A DNA stretch of 64,000 bases from Oligoflexia bacterium (GCA_903895855.1 CAITVN010000238.1:10331-74330), one strand, 5' to 3'. Shown: positions 48,724 through 59,183, counted from the stretch's first letter. The notes: a model not told the origin generated them from the letters alone. Translations and numbers: made by a program.

Positions 48724-51318
48724 ATGAAATCAAGACTGACAGAAAACACCAATCGTGTTGGGCGTAGGGCCGCGGTAATATTTTTCTTGCCATGGCTATT
48801 GCTCGGTTCACTGAACTGTACGAGTAAAATTGAGGTTGCTTCTTTGCAGCAAGGGCCCAATGTGTCAGCGGCAACTGCCACGATTACGGTGAGTCCGTCA
48901 GGTTTGCCTTCGCCTAAAATTGAAAGTGTTGAGAAAGTTGAACTTCCCACACCACACTTTGCGTTAGATCGGCCGTCCTCTCAATTCACGGTGCGACTTA
49001 ATTTCGCGCGAGTTTGCGGTAATTGTCGAAACGACTTTACGCAAGCCGAACTGATTTCACTTGCTGGGGCTTCTGACAGCATTCATAGCCATTTCAATTA
49101 TTTGGCCAACATGAAAGACAATACTGAATTTCAGGCGTTTCGAAGCCAGTTTCCGAAATTTCCGTTTCTTGCAAAAGGTCTGGGTATTCCGCTAGCCTAT
49201 TCAAAAGAATCAGTTCGTCCCTTTTCTCACAAAGGCGAAGTGGGTGTTGATGGCCTTCACACTTCAGCAACCAGCGTCGACCCCGCACGGTGGGCAGTTG
49301 ACATTGATCAGTCTAGAGGTCGTTCAACCTATTGGACAGCCGATCCGATGTTCTCGTCAGTTGCAGATGTTAGTCTTGAGCACCCGATTCATCACTACAA
49401 TTTTTCGGTGAAGCAAACGGTGGGGCCGGTCTATCAAATCGATGGTGGCTGCCAAAAGCGCAATTCAAATGAGACTCAAAAAGTAAGTGAGGTTTCGGCT
49501 CTTGTGCCCAATTTGGTTTCGCGAATGCTGGCGGCAAAAAGCTCTTGGACGGCAGCTACCCCGTATTCGATTTTTGCCCTTGAACCGGGGCGCTTCTTTG
49601 TCACCAAAGAAATGTCATTCTATGGGTTTGGTGAAAGGGCCATCATCGATGGAGGCCGATTTTTCAAAGACCTCGCCTGGAGTACTCTGGCACAGGTTCG
49701 CCTGCAGAACGTCGCTTGTTTTGCCATCGACCCGAGTAAAGCAGAGGCCGCAACAGTTCTTGCCGATGCCATGAACGACACGATTGACGCCGCAGGCGCC
49801 ACGAGCTTCATCGCAGACAACATGACTGACAGCTTTATCAAGAGTTCGCGAGTGACACTCGATTCGACCACAAAAGTGCCGACAATCACCAATGGTGGCA
49901 CCGTAACACCTCTGTATACCCATGGCGTGCCCTGGAAACAAAAAGACGTTGCCGGAAGAGAGGTGTCAGGAACTCTCATTGAGGCAGGTTCTGGCGAACT
50001 GAGCGGGCATTATCGGCCGAAATTTGAAACCCTTATCGCGCCAGACCTTTCGTTCGCAAAGGCCTTCTTGAAAATGGTAAAAGAGACTTCAGCTAACTTG
50101 AGCGCACACGGTAAGTCGCTCATGCCGAATATGAATGCGTTGATGGCGACTCTCTCTTTGATGGCAACCACCCAGTCGTTCGATGAAAATCTGCAAATGT
50201 CGAAAGAACAGTTAGGAAATGGCTTTTGGCATGAAAAGTGGGGACGCGATAACATTCGCACCCAAGGTGGGCGCATGCGAGTTTACATGGAGATGGCTGC
50301 GGCCCGTGAAGCCAGTGTGAACAATCGAACTGCAGTTTTGAGTTCGATTTATCTGAATTACAATGGCGGAGAGATCGGTGGATTTCCTGGCACGGTAGCT
50401 CTCGAGCGCGGACTCGCAAAATACCTAATTGTACTCGACAAGCCGTCACTTCAACTTCATCCGGTTCGTTACCGAGGCGAGTACACCAAAAGAAAAAATA
50501 GCCCAGAAGACGGCTGGTCACTTGATAGTGCGCTTGAATACTTTGCTCGGCGCGATCTTGCTAAAAGTTACGTTGCTACGCTTCTTGACTTGAAGGCCGG
50601 AGCTCCGACTTCAGAGCATGCCACGGTTCATGGGCATTTCTCAGTGATGGCGAGACAGTATGAAAATTTATTAGCATTAGAAAATGTGACTAACACAGAT
50701 CAAACCGTGAAGTTGCCTGCTAGAACGTGCTCAAGCAATGCCACGAATTGCTCGCAATCGTATTATTACGTTCGAGTTTCTCCGTGGCGCGTTCACTCTG
50801 GGGGGCCAGACGCTGATTGGCCAAACAAAGATTGGAGTTATGCTCCCCTCCCGCTTCATTGCCGGCAAGGCCAATGGGTTAATTTCGCCAATTACGATTC
50901 TTGTGTGAGGGCCATCATGGATGGTCATGCGACAGTGCCCCCTACGGCGATCGCTGACCCTGCGCTAGAGGTCTGCAATCAGGTTTGTGAAACGATACCC
51001 GCATCGGTTGTCTTGAGTTGTAAACGCAATCCGGCAAGCGCTGGGTGTGCCCCTAGCCCAGGTAGAGAATTTGCGGCTGTTCGCGATGAATATCGGGCAG
51101 GCGAAGTGGTTCAACTCAAGGCGGGCGAGTCGCTTGTATTATTCAACGCCGAAGGGTTACCCTTTGAGCAGTTGGGCTGGCCTCTTAAGCAGCATGCGTA
51201 TTTGAGTGCGCCTGGGGTTGCATCGCCCATTGAGCTCGATTTTGAGAATGACCCAGAATTCTTAACTGATCCGGGTGATCTTTCGGGGGTTGGAATCGAA
51301 ATTCTCGATGTCTATTAG
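48724..51318 (+). CDS. Large lipoprotein, possible TIM-barrel glycoside hydrolase (GHL15-like)
   Basis: Lipobox-like SLNC; FIADN, LMPN, GFWHEKW, R.YE.LLALEN.T..DQTVKLP; Cys-rich C-terminus. Confidence 0.5.
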   Translation: MKSRLTENTNRVGRRAAVIFFLPWLLLGSLNCTSKIEVASLQQGPNVSAATATITVSPSGLPSPKIESVEKVELPTPHFALDRPSSQFTVRLNFARVCGNCRNDFTQAELISLAGASDSIHSHFNYLANMKDNTEFQAFRSQFPKFPFLAKGLGIPLAYSKESVRPFSHKGEVGVDGLHTSATSVDPARWAVDIDQSRGRSTYWTADPMFSSVADVSLEHPIHHYNFSVKQTVGPVYQIDGGCQKRNSNETQKVSEVSALVPNLVSRMLAAKSSWTAATPYSIFALEPGRFFVTKEMSFYGFGERAIIDGGRFFKDLAWSTLAQVRLQNVACFAIDPSKAEAATVLADAMNDTIDAAGATSFIADNMTDSFIKSSRVTLDSTTKVPTITNGGTVTPLYTHGVPWKQKDVAGREVSGTLIEAGSGELSGHYRPKFETLIAPDLSFAKAFLKMVKETSANLSAHGKSLMPNMNALMATLSLMATTQSFDENLQMSKEQLGNGFWHEKWGRDNIRTQGGRMRVYMEMAAAREASVNNRTAVLSSIYLNYNGGEIGGFPGTVALERGLAKYLIVLDKPSLQLHPVRYRGEYTKRKNSPEDGWSLDSALEYFARRDLAKSYVATLLDLKAGAPTSEHATVHGHFSVMARQYENLLALENVTNTDQTVKLPARTCSSNATNCSQSYYYVRVSPWRVHSGGPDADWPNKDWSYAPLPLHCRQGQWVNFANYDSCVRAIMDGHATVPPTAIADPALEVCNQVCETIPASVVLSCKRNPASAGCAPSPGREFAAVRDEYRAGEVVQLKAGESLVLFNAEGLPFEQLGWPLKQHAYLSAPGVASPIELDFENDPEFLTDPGDLSGVGIEILDVY

Positions 51319-51336
51319 AGATAAGCTCAGACGCCC

Positions 51337-51792
51337 CTAATGAGCCATATCAGGCTTAGGTGGGGCTCCAGCTGGCGCATTCGCTGGCGGCGGTACTTTG
51401 ATGCACTCAAAGTCACAAAGGGCTTCACCCTCTTTTACACCTTCATTGTTTAACCATGAAACAACGAAGCGGTGAGTGCCGTACTGATTGATGGGTAATC
51501 CACCAAAGCGAAACACGGCTTTCAGGCGCTTTTGCTCGGGCGGCACACCCATCTCACCGTTACCTAAAAGATTTTGCTTTCCGTCGGGAGTGAGCAAGTG
51601 AATGAACACTTTGCCCTGGCTTGGGCCAGGTGCCGTCTTTTCGAGGGCAAGTGCGATCACCATACTGGGTATTTGAATCGGTAACTGATGAGTTCGAATC
51701 TCATCGAGAATTTCAAAAACTGAAAGTGATCCGGTTTGTTGGTCAACAGAGGCGCCCATGGCAAGTGCAGAAAATTGAAGTTTAAGTGGCAT
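51337..51792 (-). CDS. DUF6941-like beta-sandwich hypothetical protein
   Basis: VD..TG.LSV....D.I and G.H.F pattern; ATG 51792. Confidence 0.55.
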   Translation of the reverse strand: MPLKLQFSALAMGASVDQQTGSLSVFEILDEIRTHQLPIQIPSMVIALALEKTAPGPSQGKVFIHLLTPDGKQNLLGNGEMGVPPEQKRLKAVFRFGGLPINQYGTHRFVVSWLNNEGVKEGEALCDFECIKVPPPANAPAGAPPKPDMAH

Positions 51793-51936
51793 AGTGTTGT
51801 TGAGTTTAGCCCGCTTTCTCACCACAGGCAACAGAAGGTGCGACTGAAATTGTCTGCCATGAAATTGGCACGCCTGGTTTTGACTATTTGCGTTGTACTG
51901 GGTAAGCGCTATGGCCAAGGGTTATTGGGGGAGACA

Positions 51937-53271
51937 ATGATTTCAATCAGATCTAAGACACAGGCGATTATTTCGTCTTTTTTGGCACTTTTTCTATCTA
52001 CGGGGGCAAACGCAGAGCCGGTGGGTTCGAGAACGCCATTAGATAGAAGCTTTTTGTCGGCAAAGACCCACACTGAGTGGTCAACCGGCAATCAGCTTGA
52101 GCTGCTCATTGACGGCACTGAGTTTTACCAAGTGCGCTTGGCGCAGATCGAAAGCGCGAAGAAATCAATCGACATCACGACCTTTCTTTGGTGCGCTGAC
52201 GAATCGGGCTACAAAACCGCTGAAAAATTGATTGAAGCTGCAAAACGTGGCGTTCAGATTCGTGTGGCAATCGATTTCTTGAATCGCTCGAAAAAGCCCG
52301 AACCGGTGTACGCTATGATGCGTGCGGCAGGCATTCAAGTGGCTAAATTTAATCCGCCTTATTGGGGTATCGAAGAACTCAATAATCACTCACTGCACGA
52401 AAAATTTATGATCGTTGATGGCAAGTCGGTGTTGACCGGCGGAGCCAATATCTGTGACGAGTATTTGATTGGTGGCGAGCGCAAGCTTTGGCACGATCTC
52501 GAAATGAGAATTGAAGGTCCTGCGGCGGCAATTTATCAAACTCGTTACGATGAAAATTGGAATTGGTTGGTAAAAAAAGACATTGAAGGGCTCACGCGTT
52601 CTGCAGTTGGCGCGGCAGAAATTAATGGAGTTCCGACGTTTGTGCGCTCAAAAGTTCACGTGGTTAATGAACCGACTGAGACGAGCACCGCGCGGGCTGG
52701 TGACTCTGAACTGCTTGTGCACTATCAGCAGAATTACCGAAGAAAAAGCGATGGAGTTGAATCAATTCAAGTCTTCTCGCACTTGATTGACAGCGCAAAT
52801 GAAGAAGTGGTGATGTACTTACCTTACTATATTTTGCCGCCAGAAATTTTAGCAGCAATGAATCGAGCAGTTGAACGCAATGTCAAAGTAAAGGTTCTCA
52901 CAAACTCGCCTGAGACGAATGACGAGAAATTATCGGTCTACGCTGCGCTCAATTTTTATCGAGACTCACTCAATCAGGGAATTGAAATTCATGAATATCA
53001 ACCCCGCACCTTACACGCGAAGGCTGTGATGATTGACAAAAAAATAATTACTTTAGGGTCACACAATTTAACTTATCGAAGTTTTAGAAAAAGTGGCGAA
53101 GCGAACGTGATCACTGAAGACCCCATTTTGATTGAGAAATTTGTTCGCCAGACAGAAAAAGATTGGCTCGAATCAACTCTTCTCACTCTCGACCAGGTTG
53201 CTGAGCGCAGCAACCAAGTGAAAGAAAAGACCATGCTATTGGTAGGCCGTTGGCTTCGTAGCTTCATGTAA
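51937..53271 (+). CDS. Secreted phospholipase D / cardiolipin-synthase-like protein
   Basis: Signal peptide ending ANA; two HKD motifs (LHEKFMIVD..GGANI, LHAKAVMID..GSHN). Confidence 0.9.
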   Translation: MISIRSKTQAIISSFLALFLSTGANAEPVGSRTPLDRSFLSAKTHTEWSTGNQLELLIDGTEFYQVRLAQIESAKKSIDITTFLWCADESGYKTAEKLIEAAKRGVQIRVAIDFLNRSKKPEPVYAMMRAAGIQVAKFNPPYWGIEELNNHSLHEKFMIVDGKSVLTGGANICDEYLIGGERKLWHDLEMRIEGPAAAIYQTRYDENWNWLVKKDIEGLTRSAVGAAEINGVPTFVRSKVHVVNEPTETSTARAGDSELLVHYQQNYRRKSDGVESIQVFSHLIDSANEEVVMYLPYYILPPEILAAMNRAVERNVKVKVLTNSPETNDEKLSVYAALNFYRDSLNQGIEIHEYQPRTLHAKAVMIDKKIITLGSHNLTYRSFRKSGEANVITEDPILIEKFVRQTEKDWLESTLLTLDQVAERSNQVKEKTMLLVGRWLRSFM

Positions 53272-53485
53272 GACATTGATATTATTAGTCTATTATAGAA
53301 TTAACCAAAACGTTTTACTCTTCTTCTCAGGTTGTGAAATCACACTAACGTAAGCCGAGTATGTATTGTCGCATTGCGTTAGGCTGTGTATTTACCATTC
53401 TTGTGAGAGCAACCTAAGTTCTTGGGGAATAAAAGAACCTGGGTTGAAAGAGAACGTATTTAAAAAGGGTTAGGAGGGCGGTTCT

Positions 53486-54550
53486 ATGAATCCGTCAATG
53501 GGTGGGGACTCGTTAAGAGTTGTTAGTCAGGAAATTTTAGTTCGAGAGAGAAGTTTTATTGAGAATCATCTTTTCGGGGTGCCAGATCTGCAATTGCAAG
53601 ATTTGGTTCTGCGGTTCTTCCGTAAGGGGGGGGAACCTTGCTTCGCTCAAGACTGGAAGGTCAGAGCGGTGTTTCGCGATTTCGGATTCAGCGGTTTTGA
53701 ATACCGTTCGAGTGCGGGAGTGCGCGGTCGCCTTGCTCTGGCCCCAGTCTTGGCCGGCGGTTTTGTTGTCCACAAATTGGTATCAAGCCAAAATAACATT
53801 CATGAGGCCTTCTATCTCTACTCAGATACAGGCGAGCTCAAATCGATTGAACGCGAATTTCGAAATGAAATTCTCTTCGTTGAATTAATCGAAATGGAGC
53901 CGTTGTGCCCAATTTTGTCGCTTCTTTATAATTTTGCTAGTCATCAATACGAACAGGCCAATCTCGGCCTAGCACGCATTGAGCAAATGACCTATGTCGA
54001 AGGCTTGTTGCGCTTCGTTGGCGAAGTGGCCAAACAATCTGGCGAGCCTATGTCGTATTCTCAAGGCGGAAGTGACCAAGCTATCGAAGCGTTCAATCGA
54101 AAGATTGTTGCTGAAGAAGAAGACACCACTCTGACCTGGGAAGAACGTCAAAAAGTCTACGAGCTCATCAAGAAGGACCGCGCTAAGGTGATTCGCACCA
54201 AGCAGCGAGTGCATAAGCGAGGTCTGCTCGCGACGGCGTTACCGAGTTTGATCAAAGACCTGCAAAATTTTGCTCGCCGAATTCGGCTTCGTCCTACTTC
54301 GAATATCGGTGGCCTTTCTTACCGTTATTCTTTAGGCATTCTGATTTGGTTTGTGAATGTCATTAGAGGTAACATTGGCTATTCGATAGCGCTTGCGCTG
54401 TATGGCCCATTTACTTTCTATTTTATCACCCAACCCCTCAACCCGCATGCGATGTGGGCAGTGGGTAAAGTGAGATCGGCTTATCTTGATACGGTTCAGA
54501 CAGTCGACATCGCGGTTGATAAGGTAAAAGAGATTACTCACACCAACTAG
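53486..54550 (+). CDS. Hypothetical protein with C-terminal TM
   Basis: AGGAGG RBS; long ORF; no recognised motif. Confidence 0.6.
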   Translation: MNPSMGGDSLRVVSQEILVRERSFIENHLFGVPDLQLQDLVLRFFRKGGEPCFAQDWKVRAVFRDFGFSGFEYRSSAGVRGRLALAPVLAGGFVVHKLVSSQNNIHEAFYLYSDTGELKSIEREFRNEILFVELIEMEPLCPILSLLYNFASHQYEQANLGLARIEQMTYVEGLLRFVGEVAKQSGEPMSYSQGGSDQAIEAFNRKIVAEEEDTTLTWEERQKVYELIKKDRAKVIRTKQRVHKRGLLATALPSLIKDLQNFARRIRLRPTSNIGGLSYRYSLGILIWFVNVIRGNIGYSIALALYGPFTFYFITQPLNPHAMWAVGKVRSAYLDTVQTVDIAVDKVKEITHTN

Positions 54551-55332
54551 AAACAGTGGTGGTCATTGTAGCCAAAGCCTTCGAGTGCGTTCACAGGTAC
54601 GGCTTCCCATTTCTTGCCGGGCAATTGCCAAGCAAAGCGAAGTCCGACGTATTTCTTGGGGCCTTGAAAATATTGCAACTTGAAGTGGTGTTTACCAGCA
54701 GGTAGCTCAATTCGATTAGTGGTTGGGTTGCTCATGCTTTGCACGCCATCTCGATTGATCACAAGCTCTTCGTCGATAAAGAGTTTTGAGCCGTCGTCGC
54801 TACGCAGGCTGAATCCAATTTCACCGTGTTTCGCAACGGTGATCCATCCCTCAAATTCGAGGGCGTACCATTCGGTCATGCCTTTTGGCACCCCGGGAAT
54901 GCGATCAAGATAACTTCGCTTATCGATCGCAAAGTTGTCGAGCACAATTCGCCCAACAGATTTGATGTGAGCAAAATCAGGCAGCCTGTCGTGCGCGAGT
55001 TTCGAAATATCGTAGAGTTCACCGCAGACGCCTTTTTGCGCGCCCGGCGAGTATGTCGGGGTTGGTGAAGGTTCTGGAACGGGAGAAGGAAAAGTCTCTT
55101 GAGGAGTGGGGGTCACAATCACCGGATCAACGTCAGGAGCATCTGGGGTCGTGTCTGTCGTCGGTGTCGGAACCGGAAACGAGCCCTCACTGAGAAATTG
55201 TTCGGTGAGTGTTTGTGGAGTGACTCCGGTGCCGCAGCCTGATTGAAAGGCGAAAAGGCTAACCAAGCAAGAGACCACCAACCCTGTGCCCAAAAAGACA
55301 CGCCCATCATGAGGCGATACTGTGCGTTTCAT
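54547..55332 (-). CDS. PA14-domain lipoprotein
   Basis: Lipobox QSGC, PT linker, FSLRSDDGSKLFID, L.AG.H...LQYFQ. Confidence 0.85.
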   Translation of the reverse strand: MKRTVSPHDGRVFLGTGLVVSCLVSLFAFQSGCGTGVTPQTLTEQFLSEGSFPVPTPTTDTTPDAPDVDPVIVTPTPQETFPSPVPEPSPTPTYSPGAQKGVCGELYDISKLAHDRLPDFAHIKSVGRIVLDNFAIDKRSYLDRIPGVPKGMTEWYALEFEGWITVAKHGEIGFSLRSDDGSKLFIDEELVINRDGVQSMSNPTTNRIELPAGKHHFKLQYFQGPKKYVGLRFAWQLPGKKWEAVPVNALEGFGYNDHHCF

Positions 55333-55451
55333 TCTTAGACAATTATAAACACAATTAGTTGAAATCGTAAGAAAAATTAACGTCAAGGAAGTGTCACAAT
55401 TTAGGTAATTGATGCAGTGCGCAAAGTAGCGGTAAGCTTTAATTACGCGCT

Positions 55452-55982
55452 ATGTTGTACGTTTGCTCAAAAGCCGTAACCACCCTGATCTTGATCTCTC
55501 TGCTGACTGCAGGCTGCGGTCGCGCACCTACAAGAACTACCGGAGAATTCGAGAAATACGTGCAGCGCTTCGAAGAAGATTCTGTCAAAGCAGGCGCGCC
55601 CGTCAAAGTAACTGATATTTTAGTTGAACGTAGAGTGCTGGGTGAAGGTCGCATGGCCATGTGTTCGAGGTCAGATACGAGTGATCTAGATCCTCCAACG
55701 GTCGGGGTTGATGGCGCCATTTTTGCGTCATTGACTGAAGTTGAGAGACAAGCTGTGATTAGTCACGAACTGGGGCACTGTGTTTTACACCGAGAACATC
55801 GTGATGAAGAAAATGAGTATGGTGTGCCACTGAGTATGATGAATTCTCATTCGATCAATATGCTCTTACTTGAGTCGAACGCTGAGTATTACAATGAAGA
55901 GCTCTTCAAGGGCCCACAGGTTTCGCCGGTGAAGCTAGAAACTAATCACGCTGAGATGGTATTTCCTATTGTGGCTAAATAA
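55452..55982 (+). CDS. Zinc metallopeptidase lipoprotein
   Basis: Lipobox TAGC; HELGHCVLHREH and Met-turn SMM. Confidence 0.75.
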   Translation: MLYVCSKAVTTLILISLLTAGCGRAPTRTTGEFEKYVQRFEEDSVKAGAPVKVTDILVERRVLGEGRMAMCSRSDTSDLDPPTVGVDGAIFASLTEVERQAVISHELGHCVLHREHRDEENEYGVPLSMMNSHSINMLLLESNAEYYNEELFKGPQVSPVKLETNHAEMVFPIVAK

Positions 55983-56001
55983 TCTGAGCTAAACTCTTTT
56001 C

Positions 56002-57612
56002 ATGAATCATCAAGACTTTGAGTGGGACTTCGTGATCGTTGGCTCTGGTTTCGGAGGGAGCGTCTCGGCGCTTCGTTTGACCGAAAAGGGTTATAAAGTT
56101 TTAGTCATTGAAAAAGGAAAACGTTTTGGTCCTGATGACTATGCCGTCACCAACTGGAATCTCTCACGGTACCTCTGGCTTCCCCTTTTGAGGTGCTTTG
56201 GCATTCAAAAGCTCACCCTCTTTTCAAACGTCCTGATTTTGAGCGGCGTGGGCGTGGGTGGCGGCTCTTTGGTCTATGCTAACACCCTACTCGAACCCGG
56301 CGATGAATTTTATCAGTCGTCGGCTTGGTCTAGTCTAGGTGATTGGAAAAAAGAACTATCAATTCACTATCAGACAGCAAAAAAAATGCTAGGGGTCGTA
56401 AAGAACCCGCACCTCACGTTCATCGATCACGAAATGAAAGCGATTGCTGACCAGCTCGGCAAAGGCGACACCTTCAAACCTTCAGATGTCGGAGTTTATT
56501 TCGGCACCAACGGCAAAACAGTTCCTGATCCGTTCTTTAATGGTGAGGGTCCGGCGCGAACTGGCTGTAAACTCTGCGGTGGTTGTATGGTTGGATGTCG
56601 GCACGGGGCAAAAAACACGCTCGACAAAAACTACCTCTACTTGGCTGAGAAAAAAGGGGCAAAGGTCATGCCCGAGACTGAAGTTTTGAATCTCATACCT
56701 GATGAAGGAACCGGCAAATCGGGTTGGACTTTAGAAACCTGCAGTTCAACGGCTTGGATCAAGTCAACTACTCGCAATCGAATTCGTGCAAAAAAGGTCG
56801 TACTTTCTGGCGGCGTCTTAGGAACAGTGAGTCTTCTGCTGAAGTGCAAAAAAATCACTGAATCGCTGCCCAGTTTGAGTCAAGCACTCGGCTTGAGTGT
56901 GCGCACCAATAGCGAGGCCCTCTTGGGAGTTACGGCCAAGCATGCTTCTGGTGAACGCAATTACAGTGAAGGGGTCGCCATCACCTCGGTGTTTCACGCT
57001 GACGAACACACGCATATCGAGCCTGTTCGTTATCCAAAAGGCTCAAGCTTTATGCGTCTGCTCACTGCCCCCATGGTTGACGGTGGGCCAGCATGGCTTC
57101 GCACATTCAAAATGTGCTACGGCATAGTCGCCCACCCCATTGATTTTTGTCGATCTTATCTCAAGTGGGGTTGGGCTGAAAACACCGTGATTTTCTTAGT
57201 CATGCAGACCCTCGACAATAAGATGAATTTGACCCTTGGGCGAAATCTCTTCACGGGGTTTATGAAAAAAATGACGACGGCACTTGATAAAGATGCGCCG
57301 CCGGTTCCTTCTACCATACCGATTGGACACGATGTTGCGAGGGCGTTTGCAAAGAGCGTTGATGGAATTCCGGCGAGTGCAGTCAATGAAGTGGTCTTGA
57401 ACATTCCGACCACCGCTCATATTTTGGGCGGTTGTCCAATTGGTGCTGACGCGAAGACCGGGGTAATTGATTCTCAACATCGGGTCTTCGGATATGAAGG
57501 CCTTTGGGTTTGCGATGGGTCGGCAATTCCCGCGAACTTGGGTGTGAATCCGAGTCTCACCATCACGGCCATGTCAGAACGAGCGATGAGCCTCATTGCG
57601 CCGAAAGGGTAA
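56002..57612 (+). CDS. ChoD-type GMC oxidoreductase (cholesterol oxidase-like)
   Basis: GSGFGGSV, GVGGGSLVYAN, CKLCGGCMVGC, AKNTLDKNYL, TAHILGG, LGVNPSLTITA. Confidence 0.9.
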   Translation: MNHQDFEWDFVIVGSGFGGSVSALRLTEKGYKVLVIEKGKRFGPDDYAVTNWNLSRYLWLPLLRCFGIQKLTLFSNVLILSGVGVGGGSLVYANTLLEPGDEFYQSSAWSSLGDWKKELSIHYQTAKKMLGVVKNPHLTFIDHEMKAIADQLGKGDTFKPSDVGVYFGTNGKTVPDPFFNGEGPARTGCKLCGGCMVGCRHGAKNTLDKNYLYLAEKKGAKVMPETEVLNLIPDEGTGKSGWTLETCSSTAWIKSTTRNRIRAKKVVLSGGVLGTVSLLLKCKKITESLPSLSQALGLSVRTNSEALLGVTAKHASGERNYSEGVAITSVFHADEHTHIEPVRYPKGSSFMRLLTAPMVDGGPAWLRTFKMCYGIVAHPIDFCRSYLKWGWAENTVIFLVMQTLDNKMNLTLGRNLFTGFMKKMTTALDKDAPPVPSTIPIGHDVARAFAKSVDGIPASAVNEVVLNIPTTAHILGGCPIGADAKTGVIDSQHRVFGYEGLWVCDGSAIPANLGVNPSLTITAMSERAMSLIAPKG

Positions 57613-57647
57613 ATGGCAGCAGAAAAACCCTTTTGGGCCTGCCTCCT

Positions 57648-57751
57648 TAAAATTCCGCATATAGAGTGGTTTATATCTGAATGCGGAATATGAATACTAT
57701 TGATAAAATTCCGCATACACATTAGATTTGGTTTCTATGCGGAATTTTATC
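57648..57751 (+). promoter_or_regulatory. Two tandem inverted-repeat operators (ATTCCGCAT-N20-ATGCGGAAT, 56-bp period)
   Basis: Second unit is a perfect 16-bp IR (57702-57717 / 57736-57751) containing the ATG. Confidence 0.75.
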
Positions 57752-59155
57752 GGCCGAGGTCAATACCTTAAATTATTCGAGACTGCCTGGGCACGCGATA
57801 GAAGTACCTTGATTGCGGTTTATGGTCGTCGTCGCGTCGGTAAAAGCTCTCTCATTCGGCAATTTGCCAACCGAAAACAAACGTTGTTTTTTGAGGGTTT
57901 AGAGGGTGAATCGACGGCAACGCAAATCGCACATTTTTTAAAGCAATTGAGCGTTCAGGTTTCTGAGCCCCATTTGGCTGACCTTAAGTATTCAGATTGG
58001 TCTGATGTCTTTGCGCTTTTGAGTCAAATTCTGAATCGCTATTCAGATGTCGTTCTGGTCTTCGACGAACTGACCTGGATGGCGTCTTCGAGAAATAAGC
58101 TGGTAAGTCTGATTAAAGTGTTTTGGGATCAACATTGGAAGTCTCACCCTCACTGTGTTCTGATCTTGTGTGGTTCGATTGCTTCGTGGATGGTCAAGAA
58201 TGTGGTCAGGTCGAAGGCCCTCTATGGCAGAATTTCTCATCAAATTTTAGTTGAGCCCCTAGATCCGAAGGAGGTGGCGCAATTTGTTGGTCAGGCAAGG
58301 GGTGAACAAGAGATTCTCGAGTATTTGTTGTGCTTTGGGGGAATTCCTCGCTACCTAGAGGAATTTGATTTCAAAAAATCGATTTCATGGAACATCGAGC
58401 ACGCTTGTCTTGCGCGGTCAGGATTTTTCTTTGAAGAGGCCGACAAAATTTTCTATAATCAGTTTAAAGAAACTCAAGTCTACAAAAAGATTGTTCATAC
58501 GCTGCTCAGTAAAGGCCCTTCATCTCTAGATATCTTAGCTAAAGCGACTCGTCAGCCCACGGGTGGAGGATTTAAGGCCTATCTTGAAAATCTTCAGAGT
58601 GCTGGAATTATTTCAGGGCTATTTCAAATTCATCATTGGAAAGTTTCAAAGCAGGCAAAATACTGTTTGTCTGATGAGTTTTTGGCGTTTGATGGAAAAA
58701 TTCTTGGGCCTGTACGTCAGTCGCTCAGTGCGCGCACTGAGAAAGGCGCCTTTTTAAAGTGGATTTCACCTCAATGGAACGCTTATTTGGGGTATGCCTT
58801 TGAGCGATTTTGTCAGAAGAATGCTCATCGAATTGCCGAACTTTTGGAAATCGATTCTCAAGTTAAAGGTGCGAGCGCCTTGATTCTCGAGGGATTAAAG
58901 AAAGGCACGAAGGCACAGTTGGATCTGGTATTCTTGAGACGAGATCCGGTCATTACGTACTGTGAGATCAAGTACAGTCGAAATCGATTAGGGCCAGAAG
59001 TCATTGCTGAAGTAGAGCAACGACATCAAAGAATACAGTGGCCTAAAGGTTGCTCTATTGAAAGAGTCTTGATCGTCAATCAAGAACCCGTCGATTCGGT
59101 CAGAAAAAGTGGCTATTTTCACCAGATTATTACAGCGAGTCAGCTGCTGAAGTAA
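57737..59155 (+). CDS. Archaeal-type AAA ATPase (ATPase_2) with wHTH and DUF234-like PD-(D/E)xK C-terminus
   Basis: FIGR, YGRRRVGKS, VFDE, LCGS, LYGR, GGIPRYL, G.AFE, QLDLV...CEIKY. Confidence 0.9.
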   Translation: MRNFIGRGQYLKLFETAWARDRSTLIAVYGRRRVGKSSLIRQFANRKQTLFFEGLEGESTATQIAHFLKQLSVQVSEPHLADLKYSDWSDVFALLSQILNRYSDVVLVFDELTWMASSRNKLVSLIKVFWDQHWKSHPHCVLILCGSIASWMVKNVVRSKALYGRISHQILVEPLDPKEVAQFVGQARGEQEILEYLLCFGGIPRYLEEFDFKKSISWNIEHACLARSGFFFEEADKIFYNQFKETQVYKKIVHTLLSKGPSSLDILAKATRQPTGGGFKAYLENLQSAGIISGLFQIHHWKVSKQAKYCLSDEFLAFDGKILGPVRQSLSARTEKGAFLKWISPQWNAYLGYAFERFCQKNAHRIAELLEIDSQVKGASALILEGLKKGTKAQLDLVFLRRDPVITYCEIKYSRNRLGPEVIAEVEQRHQRIQWPKGCSIERVLIVNQEPVDSVRKSGYFHQIITASQLLK

Positions 59156-59183
59156 ATGATTAACGTTGGGGGTCTCGAAGGCC

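Noticed and set aside
51736-51936. Extended N-termini of the PLD and DUF6941-like ORFs
   Set aside because: They overlap each other; the downstream ATGs (51937 with GGAG RBS, 51792) are better starts
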